Origin: an uncultured Bacilli bacterium
GTDB lineage: Bacteria > Bacillota_I > Bacilli_A > RF39 > UBA660
Direction: 5' to 3'
Assembly: GCA_934099115.1 (NCBI GenBank)
Contig: CAKOPK010000004.1
Coordinates: 13,752 to 77,751 of the forward strand
Length of the DNA stretch: 64,000 nt
In this document: positions 47,064 to 57,007 of the stretch, piece after piece
How positions within the stretch are numbered: position 1 is the first letter of the stretch
How the letters are laid out: each line of letters begins with the position of its first letter
Position numbers and translations under genes: made by a program
Notes under the pieces: generated by a model
What the model was told of the DNA's origin: nothing
Databases searched by the model: none
What the model saw: only the letters and a program-made list of their open reading frames with translations

Positions 47064-47929
47064 TATTTGTCACCCTCTCTATTCTCATACATCGAATCAA
47101 TTAAATCGAATAAATCACTTTCTAATGTGTCTTCTTCTAGGTTTTCTTCTTTTTTAGGTTCAACACTTTCTTGAATATTTTCTAAAGAATCTATATCATC
47201 AGCAACTGATTTATCCTCTTGTTCTTCACTACCTTTAACATCTATATAATCATCACTACTATCTTTTAATAATTCATCAATGGTTCTTGCTTTTTCTAGT
47301 TTTTCTTCTAAAATTTTATCTTCTTCTTGATTATCTATTTTTTCAATTTCAATTTTCTCTAATTCTTTCTTTTCTTCTAGAGACCCAAAAGCTTTTTTAC
47401 GAACACTATCAACATCTAAACTTTTTAGAGGCGTTACAGGTTTCGTTGTTATTTCATCAGGAGTATAATTTTTATCTAAAATGCCATATACAGGGCTAAT
47501 AATTGGCGATGGTTTAAATTTTGCTTTTGGAGTTTTTTCTTCTTCTTTTCGCTCTGGTCTTTTATATTCTACTTTTTTCTCTTTTTCCTGTTTCTTTTTC
47601 TCATATTCCATTATATTCGTAGAACGTTTAGGTCGTGCACTTTCAAATTCTTTTTCATCAAAATCCGGGAAATTAAAAGTACTTTCTGTTTTTATTGGAG
47701 CGCTTGGTTGCTCATATTTTTTTACAGGTTCTACTTTTTTTTCTTGATAAATAGGTTCTCTTGGCGTTTCTTCATAAAAACGAGCATAAGAGAAATCTTG
47801 TTTTGGCTCTTCCTTTTTAGGAACTTCATAAACAGGTTCTATTTTTTTTTCTTTCTTTTTTTCAATTACAGGAATTTCTACCTCTTCTTCTTCAAATAAT
47901 ATATTTTTTAATTTGCTAACTAAGCCCAT
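47063..47929 (-). CDS. E/K-rich low-complexity protein with an amphipathic N-terminus
   Basis: MGLVSKLKNILF... followed by charged repeats. The ATG after GGAAGGTG is preferred to the track GTG start. Confidence 0.45.
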   Translation of the reverse strand: MGLVSKLKNILFEEEEVEIPVIEKKKEKKIEPVYEVPKKEEPKQDFSYARFYEETPREPIYQEKKVEPVKKYEQPSAPIKTESTFNFPDFDEKEFESARPKRSTNIMEYEKKKQEKEKKVEYKRPERKEEEKTPKAKFKPSPIISPVYGILDKNYTPDEITTKPVTPLKSLDVDSVRKKAFGSLEEKKELEKIEIEKIDNQEEDKILEEKLEKARTIDELLKDSSDDYIDVKGSEEQEDKSVADDIDSLENIQESVEPKKEENLEEDTLESDLFDLIDSMYENREGDK

Positions 47930-47942
47930 TATTAACACCTTC

Positions 47943-48575
47943 CTATTTTATATAATCAGGGTCTTTTGCATCTCCTGTATCTGTGTCTTCTTCTGTAAAT
48001 TTTAGATAATTATCACTACCGACAATTTCGAATATATCAAAAGTTTCTTCTGGAGAGTCTAGAGTACTACTAGATAAATACTTTTCAATTACAGAATCAT
48101 TATATGTAACAGAAGATAAAACAACCATAGCATATGTAATGCATTTATTAATATCTTTTGTGTATGCTACTACTTCTATTTTAGCATAATTATACATAAT
48201 TTCAATTAAATATTGATTATTTTTATAATTATTAATCTCAATATACCCTTTTTTATCGTTTAATTGGAGAAAACTTGAATAAATACTATCTTCATTTACT
48301 TCATATTTAAAATTTGTTTTATTTAAGTAACTTACTACGTCTACGTATAAATAATAAGTATATTTTTGGTCTGTTAATACTTCATTAAAAGATTTACTAT
48401 TTTTAATACTTAATCCTCTTGGTAAATAATAACGATAGCCATTGCGATTTACATTTGTAATAGATACTTTACTATTTAGTACTTCATCTATAACTTCTTG
48501 ATAACTTTCTTTTTCAATACTTGTACATCCGGTTAATGTAAATATAAGAATACCTAATAATAATATTTTCTTCAT
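47943..48575 (-). CDS. Lipoprotein of unknown function
   Basis: Lipobox LTGC after a signal peptide (MKKILLLGILIFTLTGC). Confidence 0.6.
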   Translation of the reverse strand: MKKILLLGILIFTLTGCTSIEKESYQEVIDEVLNSKVSITNVNRNGYRYYLPRGLSIKNSKSFNEVLTDQKYTYYLYVDVVSYLNKTNFKYEVNEDSIYSSFLQLNDKKGYIEINNYKNNQYLIEIMYNYAKIEVVAYTKDINKCITYAMVVLSSVTYNDSVIEKYLSSSTLDSPEETFDIFEIVGSDNYLKFTEEDTDTGDAKDPDYIK

Positions 48576-48649
48576 TGGTAGTCCTCCTACAATTCATAAT
48601 TATAAACAATTATAGATTAAAAAGCAAGAAAAAAGAAAGGGCATCCTTT

Positions 48650-49087
48650 CTACAAATACTTCTTAAACTCTTCACGGTTGTGCTCTGTTGTTGCTAATAA
48701 TTTTTCTGCTAAAGAAACAATTTCTTCATCTTGTTCCTGATAAGCATTTAATTTTTCTTGAATGGCTACTGCTCCTTTTTCATTTCCTTCCATCATTAAT
48801 TTAACAATTTTTTTATCATCGGCATTTATAGTCATCGCTTCAGTCATTAATTTACTAGCAAGCTCTTTTACTTTTCCTATTTCTTCTTCTTTAGCACCAT
48901 ACGCTAAAAGTATTTCTCTAGCATGCTTACAAATATCCTCGTATTCTTTTCTTTGACTTTCAATAATTTTAGAAATCTTACTACTTTCTACTTTTCCTAA
49001 GACGTTGTCAATTCCTAAAATACCCATTTCGGCGTTTTGATAAATTAAATTTAAAAATATAATATGTTCATTTTCTTTTTCTTTCAT
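48650..49087 (-). CDS. Hypothetical helical protein
   Basis: 145-aa ORF with an RBS. I recognise no family. Confidence 0.45.
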   Translation of the reverse strand: MKEKENEHIIFLNLIYQNAEMGILGIDNVLGKVESSKISKIIESQRKEYEDICKHAREILLAYGAKEEEIGKVKELASKLMTEAMTINADDKKIVKLMMEGNEKGAVAIQEKLNAYQEQDEEIVSLAEKLLATTEHNREEFKKYL

Positions 49088-49127
49088 AAAAAATCACCCA
49101 TTTATAGTATGGGTAATTTCTTATGTT

Positions 49128-50762
49128 TTATACTTCTTGAACAACCGCGATAATCATTGGTTTACATTCTGTTTCTTCATATAAATACTTAGAAAGCTCA
49201 TCTCTTATTTCTGTTTTAATTTTATTATAATCTACAAAATTTGGAGTTATATTGCGTTCAATTATTACAGTACATATTTTCTTAATTTCACTAATCATAT
49301 CTAGAGAGTCTTTAATATAGATAAATCCTCTTGTTGTTACTTCTGGCCCTACTAGTAATACCTTATCTTGTTTAGAGACTGTGGCACTAATTAAGACAAT
49401 ACCATTTTCACTTAACATTTCTCTATCTTTAATAACTAATTCACCAATATCATCACTTGATTTACCATCAATTAGACAGTCATTTACTTTAATTTTATCG
49501 CCTTTGCAAACTAATTCACCATTAATTAATTCAATTATTTCACCATTTTGCTTTAATATAACATTTTCTTTTGGCATTCCTAGACTATAAGCTAAATCAG
49601 CATTTCCTACCATGTAACGATATTCACCTTTTACGGGCATGTAATATTTTGGACGCATAAGCTTAAGCATTTGCATTAAGTCTTCACTAGAAGCATGATG
49701 TAAAATCGTCTTATCACTTGGGATATTTACTATTTCACAGCCAAATTCTGCTAAATCATTTTCTAATTTTACTAATACTTTTTCGTTACTATCATATCTT
49801 GGCTCTGCAAATACAATTGTGTCATTTTGCTTTAATTTTATAAACTTATCATAACCATTATATATTTTACTCATAGCTGCATATGGGCTAGATTTATCAT
49901 CACATATTAATAAGATAGAATTACTATCATTTATATTAGATAAATCTCCTAGTAAGCCTTCTTCTGCAGTTAAATATTTTTCCTTTAAGCCAAAATTTAC
50001 CATGTTTTGAAGACGTTTTCCCATTATTACTATTTTGCGATGAGAATTAGCAGCGGCTTTAAATATTTCTTCAATCGTATATAAATGGGTTGGTAAAACC
50101 ATAAATAATACTCTACCATCAGCATTTTTTATAGTATTTGCAAAGTGTCCTTCTAACTTGTGATTAGGGCTTGTATGACCTATGTTTTCACTAAATACAG
50201 ATTCACTTAATAAACATAAAACTCCTTGTTTTCCAACGTATGCTATTTTTCCTAAATCCATATCGTAGGCTCCCATCATAGATGGGTCAAAGATAAAATC
50301 TCCTGTATAACAAATGGCTCCGTCTTTAGTGTTAATAACATACATAACTGCATCAGGACAACTATGACTGACACTGATTGGGAATATGCTTACATGACCA
50401 AAATTCATTTTTTTATGGGCTTTTATTTCAATAATGTTTTCTTTATTAACACCCATTTCCATTAATACATATTTTGTAAATTTGGTCGCGTATACTTTTA
50501 AATTTGGTATTACACTTAATAAATCATTGGTTGCTCCCATATTTTCATAGTGACCATGGGAAATAAATAAGCCTTTTATTCTCTTCTTATTCTTTACTAG
50601 ATAAGAAAAATCGGGAATGATATAATCAATTCCAAGCATGTTTCCACTCGCATACTTAAGTCCACAATCAAACACAAAAATATCTTTATCTATTTCAACA
50701 CAATATATATTTTTACCATTTTCGTCTAGTCCACCCAAACTAAAAATCTTTATTTTACTCAT
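49128..50762 (-). CDS. rnj: Ribonuclease J family protein (degenerate metal-binding motif, J2-like)
   Basis: It has the metallo-beta-lactamase / beta-CASP / C-terminal domain order and the N-terminus KIFSLGGLDENGKNIYCVEI. Motif II reads HGHYENMG instead of HGHEDHIG. Confidence 0.8.
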   Translation of the reverse strand: MSKIKIFSLGGLDENGKNIYCVEIDKDIFVFDCGLKYASGNMLGIDYIIPDFSYLVKNKKRIKGLFISHGHYENMGATNDLLSVIPNLKVYATKFTKYVLMEMGVNKENIIEIKAHKKMNFGHVSIFPISVSHSCPDAVMYVINTKDGAICYTGDFIFDPSMMGAYDMDLGKIAYVGKQGVLCLLSESVFSENIGHTSPNHKLEGHFANTIKNADGRVLFMVLPTHLYTIEEIFKAAANSHRKIVIMGKRLQNMVNFGLKEKYLTAEEGLLGDLSNINDSNSILLICDDKSSPYAAMSKIYNGYDKFIKLKQNDTIVFAEPRYDSNEKVLVKLENDLAEFGCEIVNIPSDKTILHHASSEDLMQMLKLMRPKYYMPVKGEYRYMVGNADLAYSLGMPKENVILKQNGEIIELINGELVCKGDKIKVNDCLIDGKSSDDIGELVIKDREMLSENGIVLISATVSKQDKVLLVGPEVTTRGFIYIKDSLDMISEIKKICTVIIERNITPNFVDYNKIKTEIRDELSKYLYEETECKPMIIAVVQEV

Positions 50763-50882
50763 ACTATCATCTCATTTCTAAAAATATAAAATAAAAAAGT
50801 TTTAAGGCAAAAACATTATACCAAAAAACATTTTATAATTCAAGTTATTTACTTTTATATTAGAAGTTCTTTTATTTAACTT

Positions 50883-51662
50883 TTATTCAGTTATTAATTC
50901 GCTTAGGTTTACAATTGTTAAACCTTTATATTTTGCTAACATTAATAAATAAATTACATCATCTAGTTTAGCTTCTTTTGTTAAATAAATAATTCCTCCG
51001 TTTAGTATACCCTTTTTAGTTTCCGTTAAATTACTTCCTGTTAGACGATATTCTGGTTCTACTAAATAATTTTTATTCTTAAGACAAATATCTTTATTTG
51101 AGGTATTTATAATGCAGATATGTTTATTTTCCTTATTTAAATTTAAAGAATTTTCTAAAGACTTAAAATTGGTTACTTCATTATTAATCATTTCAAAATA
51201 TGATTTAGATTTATATGTTTCTACTGTTACTAATAAAGATAAAGGAATCTTATTTGCTTTAAAATAATTACTAACATTTCCTTCGGTTTCACTAATAAAG
51301 CTTATTTTTTTTAATTTTGGGTTTCCCTTTTTAATTATTTTATCTTTATGGTCTTCTAGGGATATTTCTGGTTTTATTTTATCAAATACTAAGAATGTAT
51401 CTTGAAAAACGTTATTTTCTTGCATGCGATAAAAAGATTCTCGAGAGTTTACTTTTTGCCCACGAATTCCTGGAATAATTGTGTCTCCATCAATAATGGC
51501 AGATACTGCAGATATTTCATAGTCACTTTCTTTTTCTTTAATAGCAATCATTAAAGGGTTTTTATTTAATACAATTGAAGATATTTGCTCTGTATAATAA
51601 AAGCTAAAGAGCATAATTAAAGCTAGGCCAAAATATTCATAATATTTTTTCAAATTAACCAC
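50883..51662 (-). CDS. Membrane-anchored protein, possibly a divergent polysaccharide deacetylase-like (PdaB-like) protein
   Basis: N-terminal TM. The C-terminus GGIIYLTKEAKLDDVIYLLMLAKYKGLTIVNLSELI resembles the end of PdaB-type proteins. Catalytic motifs are not evident. Confidence 0.3.
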   Translation of the reverse strand: MVNLKKYYEYFGLALIMLFSFYYTEQISSIVLNKNPLMIAIKEKESDYEISAVSAIIDGDTIIPGIRGQKVNSRESFYRMQENNVFQDTFLVFDKIKPEISLEDHKDKIIKKGNPKLKKISFISETEGNVSNYFKANKIPLSLLVTVETYKSKSYFEMINNEVTNFKSLENSLNLNKENKHICIINTSNKDICLKNKNYLVEPEYRLTGSNLTETKKGILNGGIIYLTKEAKLDDVIYLLMLAKYKGLTIVNLSELITE

Positions 51663-51701
51663 CTAAAAAATTATATGCAAAAAAAAATAGCTAATTACTG
51701 T

Positions 51702-52061
51702 TTAGCCAATTTCTTTTTTAATCAAATCTGCACCTCTTTTAGGGTCTTCTAGAAGAATATCATATACTAACTTATTTTTCTTTAATTCTTCAATAAAGAT
51801 AATTTCTTCTTTTGTCATTGATGCATAAATTTCATTGTTATCTTTATCACTAGTTTTTACTAGATAATCTGTTCCTAAAAGATAGTCAGCACTTACTCCA
51901 AAAACGAGCATCATTTCTATTACTGCTTCCAAAGTTGGATTTCTTGTTTCTTTTTCATAACAACAAATAGCTGATTTGCCTACGCCGATTAAATCTCCTA
52001 ACTTTTCTTGAGTTAAACCTTTGGCTTTTCTTGCCTCTCTTAGCCTACTTCCGTTTAACAT
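51702..52061 (-). CDS. XRE-family helix-turn-helix transcriptional regulator
   Basis: LREARKAKGLTQEKLGDLIGVGKSAICCYEKETRNP is a classic Cro/C1 HTH. Confidence 0.8.
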   Translation of the reverse strand: MLNGSRLREARKAKGLTQEKLGDLIGVGKSAICCYEKETRNPTLEAVIEMMLVFGVSADYLLGTDYLVKTSDKDNNEIYASMTKEEIIFIEELKKNKLVYDILLEDPKRGADLIKKEIG

Positions 52062-52206
52062 CCCATCACCCTCGTTCTAAACTTGATTATAACTTTACTT
52101 CATTTATATTTGGGATTTTTTCACCTATGGTAAAAATTACCAATAAATTTTAATTAATTATCAAGCATATTGAGGTAAATTTCAACCAAAATTAAAAGAA
52201 AGTGGC

Positions 52207-52536
52207 TTAATTTTCCACTTTTTTGGTCGAAATAAAGGTTATTTTTTCAACGATTACTTCTAAAGTACTTCTATGCTCTTTTTCACTAGTTTCAAAATTA
52301 TAAGATTGTAGTTTTCCCCTTATTCCCACTAAATCTCCTTTATGACAATAATTTTTTGTAGCTCCTGCTATACCATTCCATAAGACACATTTTACAAAGT
52401 CAGCATCATTATTGCCTTCTAAATTCTTATAGTCACGAGAGACTGCAATTCTGATTGTAGTTCGATAGGTTCCATCTGTTAATTCTCTTATTTCTGGGTC
52501 ACTGGTAAGTCTACCAACCAAAACCACTTGATTCAT
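52207..52536 (-). CDS. ssb: Single-stranded DNA-binding protein, short form lacking the acidic tail
   Basis: OB-fold signature MNQVVLVGRLTSDPEIR...FVKCVLWNG...KGDLVGIRGKLQ. It ends without a DDDxPF-type tail. Confidence 0.8.
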   Translation of the reverse strand: MNQVVLVGRLTSDPEIRELTDGTYRTTIRIAVSRDYKNLEGNNDADFVKCVLWNGIAGATKNYCHKGDLVGIRGKLQSYNFETSEKEHRSTLEVIVEKITFISTKKVEN

Positions 52537-52683
52537 GCTTTTCCCTCCTTTCTAAAGGAAATATAGCATTTTTAATTCCTCTTTGTCAAAAACGAAAAAA
52601 ACAAAATTTGCTAACAAGAAATTTTGCTTTTTTATATACCAATTTTTATAAATTAGTTAGATAAATAACTAAAATCTGCATAA

Positions 52684-53979
52684 TTAATTATTTTTCAATA
52701 AACGATTTAATTCTACTGCATATTCTAAAGGTAGTTCATGTTTAAAGTCACTTATAAAGCCCATGATTAATAATTCTTTTGCTAAATCTTCGCTTAAGCC
52801 TTTGCTCATTAAATAAAATAGCTTTTCTTGGCTAACTTTAGAAATTGTTGCTTCATGTTCTAGAATAGAACTTTTATTATTTACAATATTATCAGGATAG
52901 GTATCACTTTTAGAAATTGGATCTAGAATGATAGTATCACATTTAATAGAAGCTTGAGAATTGATAGCATTTTTTGTAATTTTAGTAGTGCCTCTATAAT
53001 TGCTTACCCCACCATTTAAAGCGATAGATTTACTTACAATATTACTTTTAGTATTTTTTCCTAAATGAATCATTTTTGCTCCAGCATCTAAGACTTGGTC
53101 AGCATTTGCATAAGCGATACTAATGGAATTTCCTACGGCATAATCTCCTTTTAAGATACAGGATGGATACTTCATTGTAACTCCACTTCCAACATTGCCA
53201 TCAATCCATTGCATAAATCCAGATTCTTCTACAATAGCTCTTTTAGTAACTAAATTGTAAACATCTTTACTCCAGTTTTGAATTGTAGAATATTTACAAC
53301 TGGCATTTTTCCCAACATAGATTTCTACTACTCCGGCATGTAGACTAGTGCTAGAATAACTTCTTGCTGTACAGCCTTCAATATATTCTAATTCGGCATA
53401 ATCATCTACTATAATGATTGTTCTTTCAAATTGGCCAAGATTTTCTGTATCGATACGAAAGTAACTTTGTAACGGGCGGTCTAATTTAGTGTGTTTTGGA
53501 ATATAAATAAAAGAACCTCCACTCCAAAAAGCACTGTTTAAAGCAGTATATTTGTTTTCATTGTATTTTACAAGATTATTAAAATGTTTTTTAAATAGTT
53601 CTGGATATTTTTTTAGAGCATCATCCGTACTTGTAAAGATAATACCACTGTCTTTATCTTTCATATTGTGATATATGACTTCACTTTCATATTGATTAGT
53701 AACACCATATAAGTATTCTTGCTCTGCTTTTACTACCCCTAAATCACAAAAAGTTCCATAGATGTTTTGTTCTACTTTATTCCATTCATCAGTCATTTCA
53801 TTTTTATTTTCTTTATAATACACAATTTTATCAAAATCGATATTTAAAGTTGGACCAAATGATGGTTCATCCATTTCATTAAAAGTTTCTAATGCTTGTA
53901 AACGAAAATTAAGCATCCATTCTGGCTCTTTTTTCTTTTTACTTAAATCTATAACGTATTTTTTATCTAATTGTGTCAT
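52684..53979 (-). CDS. sufB: Fe-S cluster assembly protein SufB
   Basis: YIEGCTA, KYSTIQNW, KYPSCILKGD and KMIHLGKNTKSNIVSKSI motifs. The ATG at 53979 (MTQLDKKY) is preferred to the track TTG start at 54009. Confidence 0.85.
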   Translation of the reverse strand: MTQLDKKYVIDLSKKKKEPEWMLNFRLQALETFNEMDEPSFGPTLNIDFDKIVYYKENKNEMTDEWNKVEQNIYGTFCDLGVVKAEQEYLYGVTNQYESEVIYHNMKDKDSGIIFTSTDDALKKYPELFKKHFNNLVKYNENKYTALNSAFWSGGSFIYIPKHTKLDRPLQSYFRIDTENLGQFERTIIIVDDYAELEYIEGCTARSYSSTSLHAGVVEIYVGKNASCKYSTIQNWSKDVYNLVTKRAIVEESGFMQWIDGNVGSGVTMKYPSCILKGDYAVGNSISIAYANADQVLDAGAKMIHLGKNTKSNIVSKSIALNGGVSNYRGTTKITKNAINSQASIKCDTIILDPISKSDTYPDNIVNNKSSILEHEATISKVSQEKLFYLMSKGLSEDLAKELLIMGFISDFKHELPLEYAVELNRLLKNN

Positions 53980-54156
53980 AATAATTACCCCAGAAACATT
54001 ATACAACAAATTCCGTTATTTGTTTAGAATTTTTTGCCTTACAGATTCATAATTGTTTTGTTAGTTAACTGCAATAAATTTTTTTGGTTTTTTTGTATGG
54101 TATATATTGTTTTTTTTATGTTTTTTTGATACAATGATAAAGTATAGAGAGGCAAA

Positions 54157-54897
54157 GTGATCGCTATGAATCAAAGTTATACGAATAGTCCAATAGATTT
54201 ACCAAATAAAAAAGTAGATTATAATAGTTTAACCGAAACAAAAGTTGTAAACATTAATGATTTTATTTTTAATCAAAATTTAGAATTTTATCCTAATTTA
54301 TCTAATATTAGTTGTCAAGATAATACTTTGATTTATAAAGAAAATGATGAAGAATTAGCAAGAGAAGTTTTGACTTTTGATTTAAGAACTCTTCCAGGTA
54401 GTGTATGGACATTATCACCAAAAGAATTTTTAAGCGTTATTAAAATAAATAAGGATTGTAAAGGATTGTTAGAGTTTGCTAGTTTGTTAAATCAAAAAGC
54501 TTTTGATCAGTTTATAATAAATAATGATGAATTAGAATTAAAAGTTTCTAATTATATGAGTTTATATTTTAGTATTAAGGAATCTTTTTCTCTTCTTACA
54601 GAAGATAATAAAATTTTTATTAGTAATATGGAGACTTTAATAGCAACTACTCCTAAAGAAACTGCGATTGGAGCGATAGTAAATAAGAAGTTAGACGAAT
54701 ATTTAGAACTTACTAAAACTATTGGAGATGAAAAAGGAAAGACAATGGCTTTAGTTTTAAAAAATAAAAATTTGCCATCTTTAATTGAAGAAGATGTTCC
54801 TGTTCGAATTACCAAGGCTGGTTATATTAATATTGCTATTTTATTATATGGCATGATTAATATTGCTTTTATCGTTGCTGTTGCACTTATGAAGTAG
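54157..54897 (+). CDS. Hypothetical protein with a C-terminal TM anchor
   Basis: 246-aa ORF ending GYINIAILLYGMINIAFIVAVALMK. I recognise no family. Confidence 0.45.
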   Translation: MIAMNQSYTNSPIDLPNKKVDYNSLTETKVVNINDFIFNQNLEFYPNLSNISCQDNTLIYKENDEELAREVLTFDLRTLPGSVWTLSPKEFLSVIKINKDCKGLLEFASLLNQKAFDQFIINNDELELKVSNYMSLYFSIKESFSLLTEDNKIFISNMETLIATTPKETAIGAIVNKKLDEYLELTKTIGDEKGKTMALVLKNKNLPSLIEEDVPVRITKAGYINIAILLYGMINIAFIVAVALMK

Positions 54898-54923
54898 AAA
54901 TACTTCTTTTTTTCTTTTTTCTG

Positions 54924-54932
54924 TGTTATAAT
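54924..54932 (+). promoter_or_regulatory. Extended -10 element of the ssrA promoter
   Basis: TGtTATAAT ends 10 nt upstream of the mature tmRNA 5' end. Confidence 0.5.
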
Positions 54933-54942
54933 ACTGTTATCT

Positions 54943-55313
54943 GGGGTAGCCTAGGTTTCGACATGTATTACTAGATAAGACTGCAAGTGGGAGTGACACC
55001 TTAAGTCTAAAATTAAATTTAAATGACAAGAATGAAAGTTCTTTTGCTCCAAATGCTTATGCATTTGCCTAATTAATTAAATAGGATAAGCAAGCTTCCC
55101 TTTATTTTGCTTATAGGATAAAGAAGAGGCTCATATATATAAGCTATAGTAATTATTCGTTTAAGATAATTACCGAAATTTTTGATTAAACTATGGTCTT
55201 TTTATAGGTTGGTCTTGAGCCAGTAGAAAGATGACTTTTAAATCAAGCTAAACTTGTAGATGTTTTATCATAGAATATATTGGACAGGAGTTCGATTCTC
55301 CTCTACTCCACCA
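54943..55313 (+). ncRNA. ssrA: tmRNA (transfer-messenger RNA)
   Basis: 5' GGGGTAG...GGTTTCGAC and 3' GGACAGGAGTTCGATTCTCCTCTACTCCACCA. The acceptor carries a G3:U70 pair. The tag ORF GAC AAG AAT GAA AGT TCT TTT GCT CCA AAT GCT TAT GCA TTT GCC TAA encodes DKNESSFAPNAYAFA. Confidence 0.93.
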
Positions 55314-55355
55314 AATTGATAGAAAACTTGAACTTTTCGAGTTTAAGTAATAAAT

Positions 55356-55382
55356 GCTAACTAGAAATAGTTAGTTTTTTTG
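55356..55382 (+). terminator. Terminator of ssrA
   Basis: Hairpin CTAACT-agaaat-AGTTAG followed by TTTTTTT. Confidence 0.7.
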
Positions 55383-55410
55383 TTATTTAAGAAAGGAAAG
55401 TGATCGAGTT

Positions 55411-55677
55411 ATGACAATAGAAACTAAAAAACTTGTAATAAGTGAAGAATTAAAAAGAAAGGTTGAAATGATATGTAAGTTTGCTTATGTGGAATATTCC
55501 TTTACTAATGGATATATTATAAATCTTAAAAATACTAATATAGCCTATGTAAAACCCCATATTTTAAAAGTTAAAGACAATGACTACTTAATATTTGAAA
55601 ATAGTGAAAATGTCTTTATAAACGGTTATAATAACAAAATTAAGTTTAAAGATTTAGCAGTATCCAGTCTTTTATAA
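55411..55677 (+). CDS. Hypothetical small protein
   Basis: 88-aa ORF with an AAAGGAAAG RBS, followed by a hairpin at 55703-55736. No family recognised. Confidence 0.35.
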   Translation: MTIETKKLVISEELKRKVEMICKFAYVEYSFTNGYIINLKNTNIAYVKPHILKVKDNDYLIFENSENVFINGYNNKIKFKDLAVSSLL

Positions 55678-55995
55678 GAAACTATTGACAAATTAGAAAA
55701 AGAAAGACTAACATAGACAAAATAATGTTAGTCTTTAATCATCATATAAATTTCACAAAAAGTAACCAAAAAGTATGATATTATAAATATCAAAACCGTT
55801 ATTTTATAAGGCCCAACTCTCATATAATCCTAATATCAACCCACAAAGTAGGTTGAATTACGTAAGTACGGAATTAGTCTTGTGTAACACTAAACCCTTA
55901 TGAAATAAGGAAAAGTTTAGTATAGTTGCACACGTTTCTTATCCTGCTTTTTTACATATATTAATATTTATATATAAAATCATCCTATTTATAAA

Positions 55996-56026
55996 AAGTA
56001 AAAAAGACCAACTATTAAAGTTGATC
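55996..56026 (-). terminator. Weak terminator after the HTH-TM gene
   Basis: Minus-strand short stem CAACT/AGTTG followed by TTTTTT. Confidence 0.35.
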
Positions 56027-56048
56027 TCGACGATAAATTGTAATTTAT

Positions 56049-56615
56049 TTAACAATGTCCACCATTATCCTTAAAATAAGAATTTATATATTCAATCATT
56101 ATTTTTCCTCGATTAAATTTTTTATTTGTTAAAATATTCTCTATATATTTGCTTCCACTAGCCTCAATTAAATTATCATCACTATCAGTTTCAACCATAT
56201 ATCGATATGTTTTATTATCAATAGTACATTCTAATTGTGTAGTTTGATTGCTAGTAATTGTTTCTGTTGAATTTCCTTTTTTCATACCAAATAAAAATAT
56301 TGCAAGTATACATATTACAAAATATGTAACAAATAATATTCCTATAACTTTTAAAATTTTAATAATAATTCCTGCCAATTTTTCTGTATTGCTTACTTTA
56401 TCAATAATAACTGATTTAACATCATTATTAAGCAATTCATCAATACTTACATTTAATGCTTTAGATAAAAGTTTTAATTGTTCTGGATTAGGTGATGTTT
56501 CTCCTAATTCCCAATTCGATATTGTTTGTCTTGTGACATCAATCTTTTCTGCTAATTGTTCTTGTGAAAGTTTTAAGTCCTTTCTTAACTTCTGAATATT
56601 ATCTCCTAATTTCAT
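56049..56615 (-). CDS. XRE-family HTH protein with a TM helix and an extracytoplasmic C-terminal domain
   Basis: N-terminal LRKDLKLSQEQLAEKIDVTRQTISNWELGETSPN, a central TM (ILKVIGILFVTYFVICILAIFLF) and a C-terminal domain of about 75 aa. Confidence 0.75.
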   Translation of the reverse strand: MKLGDNIQKLRKDLKLSQEQLAEKIDVTRQTISNWELGETSPNPEQLKLLSKALNVSIDELLNNDVKSVIIDKVSNTEKLAGIIIKILKVIGILFVTYFVICILAIFLFGMKKGNSTETITSNQTTQLECTIDNKTYRYMVETDSDDNLIEASGSKYIENILTNKKFNRGKIMIEYINSYFKDNGGHC

Positions 56616-56752
56616 TCATATTCCTTCCTTTCACTTACAATTATACTTTTGCAAACTTTTGTAATCTACCAAATATCTTTGGAACTTTGTCAAAGGGTTT
56701 TAACATTTGCTTTGAAAATTACTATTTTTCTAACTAATTACTAAATTGTAAT

Positions 56753-57007
56753 TTATTTGATTAAATGTGCTGTAATAATTGTATAATTATAAGAGTTAAT
56801 AGTTATTTTAATATTATCAATTTCACAATACCAATTTTTACCCTGCTTATAAATATTACAATTCTTATCTAAAATTTTATTTTTACAAAATTCAACTACA
56901 TCATTAGTATTCAATTTTAGATTCTTCTTAATTCTATCAATTCCCATTTCAGTAGGATGAATTTTATATATACTAGATAATAATATGTCTTTATTCAAAA
57001 ATATCAT
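56753..57007 (-). CDS. DUF3781-like small protein
   Basis: IHPTEMGIDRIKKNL...GKNWYCE...ITINSYNYTIITAH matches my recollection of the DUF3781 pattern. Confidence 0.5.
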   Translation of the reverse strand: MIFLNKDILLSSIYKIHPTEMGIDRIKKNLKLNTNDVVEFCKNKILDKNCNIYKQGKNWYCEIDNIKITINSYNYTIITAHLIK

